A stretch of DNA of 61,466 bases from Nemertoderma westbladi (taxonomy: Eukaryota; Animalia; Xenacoelomorpha), in NCBI GenBank assembly GCA_032718475.1, contig JAUCBJ010004596.1, forward strand, positions 1 through 61,466, written 5' to 3'. The notes below the pieces were generated by a model. That model searched no databases and was not told the origin of the DNA. It worked only from the letters and a program-made list of their open reading frames with translations. A program made the translations under genes and the position numbers. Each line of letters starts with the position of its first letter. The stretch's first letter is position 1. This document shows, one piece after another, positions 51,580-61,466 of the stretch.

Positions 51580-52267
51580 CCCCTGATTTTTTATTATTGA
51601 TAGTAACAATGTGTTGGCAAGCTGTATTTTTCGAGGTGTTTGTTATTATACATTTATTATAGGAAGGGATCTTGGGGGTGGAAGTGGAAGTGGAAGTGGA
51701 CCTCGAAGTGGAAGCCGATACTACAACCACAAGGCCACAGGTTCTTGAGATATGGAGTATTCATTTAATAGCTAGGAGTTTTTGTGGAAAAATATGTAAA
51801 TTATTTAATTAGTAATTAGATTTAAAGTTTTCTAATCGATTTTTCTCGAAAAGTATTTGGTTTTTCTCATAGCAACGGCATTTTTTTTGTTCATCTCGGT
51901 ACGATCTGTACGATTGGTACGTAGCCAGTGATTGGTCGAAATTTTAAAACCCTATATCTCGAGATCTATTAACTTTGGAGCGTCGAATAAAAGCTTAAAA
52001 TATTTATAGGTCCATCCCCATCATGCTGCCGACGACGCTATCGCGGTCGAACCACCAGTTAAAGAGTTCTGTGCTGTGATTGGTCGATTTTCAAGACTCC
52101 ATATCTCGAGATCCATTCACTTTGGTCTTGGTGCGGCGAATAAAAGATTAAAATGTTTTCTGGAGCGATCTCAGCCCGTTAGTGAAGGTCCCAGTGATGT
52201 TGCAATAACGGTTCCGGAGTTATGGTCATTTCTGTTTGGTCTAATTTAAAATCACAATAAATACGCT

Positions 52268-55200
52268 GGAACGAGGTTTGTCGAACCCGCTGCCGCTACC
52301 ATCGGAATGAGGTTGGACAAACCTGCTATGGTCGGAATGAGGTTGGTGTTGGACGAACCCGCTATGGTTGGAACGACGTTTTACGAACCCACTACAGTCG
52401 GAACGAGGTTTGACGAATCCGATATGGTCGGAACAAGGTTTGACAAACCCGCTACGGTCAGAACAAGGTTTGACAAATCCGGTATGGTTGGAACGAGGTT
52501 TGATGAACCCGCTACAGCCGGAGCGAGGTTTGACAAACCTGCTACGACTGTACAGTTGGAATGAGGTTGGACGAACCCGATACGGCCAGAACAACGTTTT
52601 AAGAACCCGCTATGGTCGGAACGAGGTTTGACGAACCCGATACAGTCGGAACGAGGTTTGACGAACCCACTATGGTCATAACAAGGTTTGACGAACCCGC
52701 TATGGTCGCGTTCAGAACGAGGTTTGATGAACCCGCCATGGTCGGAACGAGGTTTGATGAACCCGATATGGTTGGAATGAGGTTTGATGAACCCGCTATG
52801 GTTGGAATGACGTTTTAATAACCCGCTACAGTCAAACTAGGTCTGATGTACCTGATACGGTCAGGACGACGTTTGACGAACCCGATATGGTCGAACCAGC
52901 TACGGTCGCGGTCGGAACGAGGTTTAATTAACCGGCTATGGTCAGAACGAGGTTTGAAGAACCCACTATGGTCGGATCGGAACGAGGTTTGATGAACCTG
53001 ATACAGTCGGAACAAGGTTTGTTGAACCTGCTACCATCGTGGTCGGAACGAGGTTTGACGAACCCACTATGGTCGCGTTCAGAAAGAGGTTTGACGAACC
53101 TGCTACGGTCGCAGTCGGCACTAGGTTTGATGAACCCGCTATGGTCGCGTTCAGATCAAGGTTTGACGAACCCACTATGGTCGCATTCAGAACGAAGTTT
53201 GATGAACCTGCTATGGTCAGAACGAGGTTTGATGAACCCGATATGGTTGGAACAAGGTTTGACGAACCCGGTACAGTTGCGTTCAGAACGAGGTTTGACG
53301 AACCCGCTATGGTCGGAATGAGTTTTGACGAACCCGATACAGTCGAAAAGAGGTTTGATGAACCTGCTATGGTCGGAACGACGTTTTAATAACCCGCTAC
53401 GGTCGGAATGAGGTTTGACGTACCCAATATGGTCGGAACGAGGTTTGTCGAACCCGCTATGGTCGCAGTCGGAACGAGGTTTGACGAACCCGATACGGTC
53501 GGAACGAGGTTTGACGAACCCGATACGGTCGGAACAAGGTTTGACGAACCCGCTATGGTCATAACAAGGTTTGACGAACCCGCTACGGTCGCATTCAGAA
53601 CGAGGTTTTATGAACCTGCTATGGTCGGAACGAGGTTTGACAAATCCGATACGGTCAGAATGAGGTTTGACGAACCCGCTATGGTCGGAACGACGTTTTA
53701 ATACCCCTCTATGGTTGGAACTAGGTTTGACGTACCCGATACGGTCGGGACAAGGTTTGATGAACCCAATACGGTCGGAACAAGGTTTGTTGAACCCGCT
53801 ACAGTCGTGGTCGGAACGAGGTTTGACGAACCCGCTATGGTCAGAACGACGTTTTAATAACCCGCTACGGTCGGAATGAGATTTGACGTACCCGATACAG
53901 TCGGAACGAGGTTTGTCGAACCCGCTATGGTCGCGGTTGGAACGAGGTTTGACGAACCCGCTACAGTCGCGTTCTGAACGAGGTTTGACGAACCCACTAC
54001 GGTCGGAACGACGTTTTAATAACCTGCTATGGTCGGAACGAGGTTTGACGTACCCAATACAGTCGGAACAAGGTTTGTTGAACCAGCTACGGTCACGGTC
54101 AGAATGAGGTTTGACGAACCCGCTACGGTCGCGTTCAGAACGAGGTTTGATGAACCCGCTATGGTCAGAATGATGTTTTAATAACCCGCTATGGTCGGAA
54201 CGAGGTTTGAAATATCCGATACGGTCAGATTTGACGAACCCGCTATGGTTGAAACGACGTTTTAATATCCCGCTATGGTCGGAACTAGGTTTGATGTACC
54301 CGATATAGTCGGGACGAGGTTTGACGAACCTGATACGGTCGGAACAAGGTTTGTTGAACCTGCTACAGTCGCCGTTGGAACGAGGTTTGACGAACCCGCT
54401 ATGGTCAGAACGAGGTTTGAAGAACCCGCTACGGTCGGAACGGAACGAGGTTTGATGGACCTGATACAGTCGGAATGAGGTTTGTCAAACCCACTACCAT
54501 TGTGGTTTGAACGAGGTTTGACGAACCCACTATGGTCGCGTTCAGAACGAGGTTTGACAAACCCGCTACAGTCACGGTCGGAACGAGGTTTGATGAACCC
54601 GCATGGTCACGTTCAGAACGAGGTTTGACAAACCCGCTACAGTCGCATTCAGAACGAGGTTTGATGAACTCACTATGGTTGGAACAAGGTTTGATGAACC
54701 CGATACAGTCGGAACGAGGTTTGACAATCCCACTATGGTCGGAATGACGTTTTAATAACCCGCTATGGTCGGAACAAGGTTTGATGTACCTGATACGGTT
54801 GGAACAAGGTTTGTCGAACCTTCTACAGTCGTGGTCAGAGCGACGTTTGACGAACCCGCTACGGTCACGTTCAGAACGAGGCTTGACAAACCTGCTGCTA
54901 TGGTCGGAACGAGGTTTGACGTATCCGATATGGTTGGAGCAAGGTTTGTCGAACCTGCTATGGTCGTGGTCAGAACGAGGTATGACAAACCCGCTACGGT
55001 CGCATTCAGAATGATGTTTGACGAACCAGCTACGGTCGTGTTCACAACGAGGTTTGACGAACGCGCTATGGTCAGAACGAGGTTTGACGAACCCTTCTAT
55101 GGTCAGAACGAGGTTTGTCGAACCGATACGGTCGGAACAAGGTTTGACGAACCCGCAATGGTTCCGTTCAGAACGAGGTTTGACGAACCCGCTATGGTCA

Positions 55201-55365
55201 GAACGACGTTTTAATAACCTGCTACAGTCGAAACGATGTTTGACGTACCCGATACAGTCGGAACAAGGTTTGTCGAACCCGCTATGGTCGCAGTCGGAAT
55301 GAGGTTTGACGAACCCAATACAGTCCGAACGAGGTAGGACGAACTCGCCAGAGTCGAAACGAGTT
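52268..55365. repeat. Divergent 30/36-bp minisatellite (~3.1 kb)
   Basis: Unit GGTCGGAACGAGGTTTGACGAACCCGCTAT, with 6-bp insertion variants (GGTCGCGTTCAGAACG) and recurrent CGACGTTTTAATAACC variants. Confidence 0.95.
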
Positions 55366-55481
55366 TGGCATAATGAAACAAAAGAAATTTCAATTGGTTT
55401 AATGTATGTGGTAATTTAAATTTTCAAAGATTTTTGAGTAATTTATTGTTACTGGTATATAATTATTGTTCATTTAATTTT

Positions 55482-55708
55482 GTGTGTAAATGCTACGCCG
55501 ACAACCACTGCCAACAACGGGAACTATGAAAATGTAATGTGACTGAGTGACCTGTGACCTGAGTTCGTGACTCTCGTTTATTGTTTTGGTTAGAATAATT
55601 TTCCACTGTAAAGTAAAGTAAAGTAAAAAAAAAACCCGATCATTTCTCTCAATTGATAATTAACATTAATTAGTTTTAACAATGGTTGTCGGCGTAGCGT
55701 TTACACCC
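55482..55708. mobile_element. MITE with 9-bp TSD (Mutator-like)
   Basis: TIRs GTGTGTAAATGCTACGCCGACAACCA and TGGTTGTCGGCGTAGCGTTTACACCC. Perfect TTTAATTTT direct repeat at 55473-55481 and 55709-55717. Confidence 0.85.
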
Positions 55709-55810
55709 TTTAATTTTGCAGTTGTGTATATTACAACAGGGCGATTTCCATTCATTTGAATTTGTTTTAATTTAATTTTTAATAATGTTATAAAACAGTT
55801 TTAAATAATG

Positions 55811-56005
55811 CAAAGTGGCAAATGCCAAGCCGTTATCCAACTACCACAGCTGAATATGGAACTGAAACCGGTGTTCATGACTCTCGTTTATTGTTTTGGT
55901 TAAAATTATCTTCCGCTGTAACCTGTTCCTTTACATTCATTTATAATTAACATTAATTAGTGCTAATAATGGTTGTTGATTGACGGCCTAGCATTTACAC
56001 CTTTG
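55811..56005. mobile_element. Second, more diverged relative of the same MITE
   Basis: Shares TGACTCTCGTTTATTGTTTTGGTTA and ATAATTAACATTAATTAG with the first copy. Its ends are imperfect inverted repeats. Confidence 0.65.
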
Positions 56006-56247
56006 TAACGCCATTTGTATTTAAGTAATAGCGATTTCTTGGACGATGCTACACATTATTTCGTAATTTCTTACAATTTTGTATAAAATATCATATATTA
56101 TAATACTCTTACATTGTATGCTGCTGTGTATTTGTTAGCAGGGATGGCATAACGAAACGAAAAGCTCGAAAGAAATTTCAATTTCGTTGCATGTATGTAG
56201 TAATTTACTATCAGTATTGCCTTATTAGAAGTGCCTTACAGTATTAT

Positions 56248-57008
56248 TGTGGGACGGGCAGCCGGGCACTAAGCTATTGCATTACAATGGTACCGGTACC
56301 AGTACCCGATGGGGGTGATAATTTTCCCATTATATTTATATATGATTAAATTTATTGTGATGGGATCAGAGATCCCGACCGGGTAAATTGATATATGCGT
56401 CACCGTTGGCTCTGAGATGGTACTAATAGCTTGGCCGAGGCCGTTGGAGAAAAGCGATCAGAGTTTGATGTTGTTTCTTAATGTTATAATATATGATAGC
56501 AATAATATATGACAGAGATAATAGTATATGATTGATACCGGTAATAGTATATGATGACAGCCGATGACGATGACGGTGAATAATTGTTACCAGTCTGCAC
56601 TAAAACTGAGTAACTAACTAACTGATCTAAGAATCTGACATAATATATGACTGATACACTAATATTGCTTCACCTCCTACTCTACCTTGGCCTGCTACCT
56701 AATGGATGCTCTCCTGTTCCCTATCACGTGCTTCCCTCCCCCCTATTGGCTAATATGCTACTTCTCACCCTGGCACTCTCTGGGAGTGTTTCCCCTCTGC
56801 TGCTAGCCTCTACTAGCTGTGTTCTCTCCGAGGTGGTTTGACCTCTAACCTTCCTTTCTATGTGGCTTAGGGGCTTGTGTCGCCCCCCCCCCCAAATGTT
56901 GGTTATGATACGAGATTAATATTGCTAATCTCGTATCTCCAACATATTGCTAAAATGCCACCATCCCATTTTCTGGTGGGTAATGAAGTGGAATTGAATC
57001 CACTTACA
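56248..57008 (-). repeat. Possible 3' LTR of the second BEL-derived element
   Basis: Minus-strand PPT-like GGGAGGGAG (57017-57009) directly followed by TGTAAG, with AATAAA at 56356-56351. The distal end is a guess. Confidence 0.35.
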
Positions 57009-57416
57009 CTCCCTCCCATGCTATCTTCCCGGTGAGAAGATAGCATCAACCTCAAGTGCGCTTCAATTCCGCTGGAACCCGATCTACTATCGGGTGTGGG
57101 GTGGAGTTCTTTTCTCGGGGTCGGCTTTCCAGGCTGCCCCCCTGGGTATGATGTTGCTACCCCTCCTTGGTGCAATCGTGAGCTATGTTGCACCAATGTA
57201 TCTGACGTCTCTGTTCGAGACAATTGTGGACTCTCTTTTCACACAATTTTAAAAAACTTTCACTCTGAACTCATTCTAACCTCACTCTCGGACCCTTCTG
57301 TCCCTTACTCTCTCTCTCTCTCTGCTCGCTCCCCACACTTGAATTGCACTCCTCTCACTTCCTCATGCGCCAACACCTCCTCTCCATACTTCCCTTGTAC
57401 TCCTCTCATACTCCTC

Positions 57417-58372
57417 TCGGAACTTACCCCAGCCCATCGGCTTGTGGCAGACAAGCCTCATGAGCTGGCCCATCGCCACTGCTCCACAATTTCCTGTGCC
57501 CGCTCAGTGCTCCCTCCGGAACTTGCCCCAGTCCATCGGCTTGTGGCAGACAAGGCCCATGAGCTGGCCCATCCCCACTGCTCCACAATGTCCTGTGTTC
57601 TCTACCACTCCCAAAGTGCCAATTTTCCTTAGTCTTACCCCTGTCTGCGCTATCATCCTATCTACCTTGCTACTTACTTCTTACCCTGTACCCTACTACT
57701 ACTATACTATGCCTACATAGTCTTTACTTTCTTACTACAAGGCGCTCTCGGTGCCCACAACTTCTAACTTCTATGGTACTATGTACCCTAATACTGCTAA
57801 TACCTACATACCACACCCTTCACAACCCCTCTGCTACTACCTCTATGGTATACCTACATACCATACCCTCACTCTCTTTCTACGTGGCGCTTTCGGTGCC
57901 CACAACCCTTCTGTCACTACTTCTATGGTATACCTACATACCATACCCTCTACCCTCTTTCTAGGTGGCGCTTTCGGTGCCCACAACCTCTAACTCTCTC
58001 GTTACTATGTACCCTGCTACTCTCGTGGTACGCCAATGTACCACACTCCCTAACTTCTGCCTACTTCGAACGGTACTATGTACCCTCCTACTCCCGTGGT
58101 ATGTTTATATACCATACTCCCTATCTTCTGCCTACTTCTAACAGTACTATGTACCCTCCTACTCCCGTGGTATGTTTATATACCACACTCCCTATCTTCT
58201 GCCTACTTCTAACTCTCCTCTTACTCTTACTAACTTCTACTAACTTTCTAACTTCTTACTCACTTCTACTAACTTTCTAACTTCTTACTAACTTCTACTA
58301 ACTTCTAACTAGTGCTACCTACTATCTAACTATCTACTACTATTACTTTCTAACTTTCTACTTATTTTATTA
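57417..58372. repeat. Cluster of short imperfect tandem duplications in the 3' non-coding part of the second BEL element
   Basis: 99-bp-period duplication (57417-57590), GGCGCT(T/C)TCGGTGCCCACAAC x3, ~65-bp units x3 (58005-58210), and an ACTAACTTTCTAACTTCT low-complexity tract. Confidence 0.75.
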
Positions 58373-58773
58373 TTATTTATATTTTATTTATGTGTGAGAA
58401 GGGCGTCTCGCCCTCATTCCCACCCCCCTCAGTCCAACATATTGGACGACTAAACTTCAAGGGCGATTCTTCCAGCAGGCACACTCCCACTGCCCCCTTG
58501 TAGGTCCTCTTATCCTTCGCCCCAGTCTCCTTGTTAATTCCAACTCTCTAGGAATTGCTTCTCCCTCCTCCACCACCCTAAAATCGGGTCTTTCGGTCGC
58601 CTTCTTGATTTCTTCATGGTCCCCTGGCAGCAAAATGCCACCATTCATCTTGTCATCACCTGGCGGTAGAATGAAAAGAAATCGAAAGAATAGATAGAAC
58701 ACAATCGATAATACCAATCCTATCCCTTTCCACCCTGTCTTCTTATTTGACCTTCCCCTTTTTGGTATGCCTC

Positions 58774-61466
58774 TCAACCGGACCGGCATCTCCTCCGGAC
58801 ACTTCTCCGGACATCTCGCCGTCCACTCTTCTCCATCCTCATACCGATACTTGCCAGGAACATCCTTGTTCCATTCGTCTCTAAGTCTTCCGCGTCGAAT
58901 CCATTCTCCTCCGCCCACTCTCTTGCTGTTACTTCCCCTCCTAACTTATCTACCGACTGTATTTCTCTGGAACTATCCTCTATCCTTTCACCACACTCCA
59001 CTATGCGTGGTTCCAGATCCATACCCAACTCCTGGTATCCTTCCCCAGGCCGCTTCTCACATGGGACCTCCCCATCGCCCATCTCTGGTTTCTCCTCTAC
59101 GTCATCAACGGTGCCTGATAGCATGCACCCTGATGTCTCCGACACCCTGAATGGAATCTTGGTTTTAATTGGACCGAAAAGTGTCCATCCGAACGGCGTG
59201 AGAATCGCCGTTGGATCCCACTGCTTATTCTCTCCGAATATGGTCCTTACTCTCTTGTGGGCCGTTGGACAATCCATTCCGACTATGATGGATACCTTAG
59301 AGACATCCACTTTCGGTATTGAGAAATCGATATCGTCCAGGAATCGGTATTGCTCGACCTCGATCTTAGTTGGTCGCCTGGCATTTATGTTGATCGATTC
59401 TATTATCTGAATGGTGTTGATGGTCACCCCATAGTCACATCCCGGTGCTATTGCTGATATCTCGCACTGTCCCGTCGTCATCTCCAGGACCTCATCCTTA
59501 CTCGATATAGCAGTTACTGCCATCCTACTCGGCCTCGTCTGTAATCCTATCTCATCGGCCACCCAATTCTCCACCAGCGTGAAGGCTGCTCCGCTGTCGA
59601 CCAGCATCAGTGTCGTGACTGATCGACCGCCCTCTCCTGTTATCCTCACTGGTACTACCCCGAGTAGTACTTTCCTCTTTCTTCTTGCTCCTGTCGTGCT
59701 CGTAGCCATTGTTTGGCCTCCAGTCTCGTCATATTCTGTCGGTGTTTCTCTACACTCTCCGAATTTGTGTCCCTCTACCACGCATCGGTGACATAGTCCG
59801 TTCGTATCCGCGTAGGCTACCCGATCTTGTATAGGCAATGCTTGCCAATGCTTACAACTCATGGTCTTATGGGTTCCATCCCTATGCAATTGACATTCGT
59901 ATCCTGGATTGTAGCGCTCCCTGTATAGACCTTCACATATAGCGCTTAGATTCATATCTACCGGTTTAGTGTTTTGGTTATTTGGACTCGGCCTACTGGG
60001 TATGTTGGTGTTATATTTGTTCGCGTTGTTATTTTGTTTCTGTCCCTGCCACGGTGTGGCCTTACTTCCAGCTAACTGTGGACTAGCAGTCCCCTGCGTG
60101 GCCGCATGTGGTAGCGACTGTCTCACTCTCAGGAATGGATCTGCCGGACTGTGTTCAGGTTTAGGCCTGTTGTATTTGGTCTTCGGTGCCTTCCCCAAAC
60201 TATCCCCACTGTAGACTGGGTCTGTAATCAACTCTGCTTCATAGTTGAGGAAGTTTGACATTTCCTCTAGGCCCGGTTCTGCACCTTTCTTCTCCCGGGT
60301 GGAGAAGGCGATCTTCCTCCACTTGTTCTGTAGCCAGATCGGCAGTGCCTGCGTATCGTGGTGATGTTATTCGATGCATTGAGTTTGTATGGCGCGTCTA
60401 GCATCTTCAGCACGATTAACGCCTTCTCGACCTTATTTGCAAAGGTCTTCATACAAACAGGGTTATTCTGTAGGCCATCCGATGTTATTCCCCTCAGGGT
60501 CTGCCGGATGATCTTGGCAGGGTGTCCATATTCCCTGTCTAGGGCCCACCATGCAGTCATGAAGCCACCCTCGATGCCCTGATACTGCCTCATGATGTTG
60601 TACGCTGGGCCTCCCGTGTACACTTGTAATTATTTTAGGCACTCTGCCTGCGTCAGGTTTTTAGTTAGTATTTCATTGCTGTACATGGGTCGGAATTGCA
60701 GGTATTCTTCCGGTCTGCTTCCGTCGAATTTGAATGCCTCAACTGGTGGTAGCTCAATCCTGGTCTTGAGCGCATCAATAAGTGTTGCCATTCCCATCGT
60801 CTGTGCTTCCAATGGGTTCGAGGGATGCTGTACAGACTCTCCTGTTGGGTGCTGTCCGCCCGTCGGGCCTGTTGATTTCTTCTGTGTCGGATATATCATT
60901 GGGGGTAACGGCCCCCTCCATATCTCCGTGTCGCACGATCTGTTCTGGTCCAGGGGGTTCGATGTTCTTGTTCTCGGTTGAGTGTATTGCTGATATTGCA
61001 ATGGGGGAATGTCACCCTGTCCCCCCCCCACCAGTGTTATGTTTGGTACTGGGGTTGATGTTAATATATTGGGGCCCATGCATCTATCGGCAATAACTCC
61101 CCCCTCCCCTGGGTATATGTTATATCCCTGCATATTATAGTATACTGGTGTGCAGGTACCGGTATAGGCCTATCCACTTCCTGCCTACCTACCGGTATGT
61201 ATGCCGTGACTTCCGGATCTAATCCTATTGTTCGCGCTACCCTATCACCTACACTATCTCTTCCAGTATGGCCTATAGTATGTGCAGTAAGGCCTACAGT
61301 ATGTCCTGCAGTCTGCCTGTGTCCTTCCGGACCGAAGTTTAATCTTCTCGAATATTCCAAGAAGGCCTCCCCACGACCACCATACTCTCGATCGGAGCTA
61401 TATCCCGTCGGGAGATTTCTCTTCGATCCCCTCTCCTGTTCTCGTCCTCGTATCGGTATGTTCTGT
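58774..61466 (-). pseudogene. Disrupted BEL/Pao gag-protease (no RT/RNase H/integrase seen)
   Basis: DUF1759-like FKFDGSRPEEYLQF and AWWALDREYG, knuckles CQLHRDGTHKTMSC and CHRCVVEGHKFGEC, protease LVDSGAAFTLV, and TPFGWTLFGP. In-frame stop at 60630-60632 and frame changes near 60300 and 61100. Confidence 0.85.

Larger units (their letters stand above)
49913..51776 (-). mobile_element. Tandem array of ~430-440-bp retrozyme/SINE-like units (4 full plus 1 rearranged partial)
   Basis: Unit starts at 49913, 50342, 50775, 51215 and 51651. Length differences come almost entirely from poly(A) tracts of 22, 27, 35 and 30 nt. Each full unit carries a tRNA-like head and a hammerhead motif. Confidence 0.9.

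Noticed and set aside
50601-51730. Short poly-Lys/poly-Phe ORFs
   Set aside because: They arise from variable-length poly(A)/(T) tracts and the frame differs between units.
6441-55365. CRISPR array interpretation of the tandem repeats
   Set aside because: No unique spacers, no cas genes, and a eukaryotic context.
52241-55393. Repeat protein (MVGTRFDEPA)n
   Set aside because: Recurrent in-frame stops and frame breaks, and no splice signals identified.

Overview
Eukaryotic (metazoan) genomic DNA dominated by repeats. From left to right it holds an uninterrupted BEL/Pao gag-pol ORF with its probable 3' LTR (1-~6.3 kb) and a 36.6-kb array of a 48-bp satellite with layered higher-order structure (6441-43053). 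Next come two previously uncalled minus-strand exons (45483-45335 and 43587-43411). Spliced, they encode the WSxWS fibronectin-III domain of an apparently secreted class I cytokine-receptor-like protein. The introns of this gene contain a 30-bp minisatellite, a foldback element, a decayed PHD-APE-RT (CR1-group) LINE, a 30/36-bp minisatellite, MITEs and a gag-protease-only BEL derivative. The most striking feature is a tandem array of ~430-440-bp units (49913-51776, minus strand). Each unit fuses a tRNA-derived Pol III promoter (A and B boxes) to a type I minimal hammerhead ribozyme and carries an internal poly(A), i.e. a retrozyme-like array. It is joined directly to the 5'-truncated end of the LINE and lies in the sense orientation of the host pre-mRNA. 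Most ORF-track entries inside the tandem repeats are artefacts.
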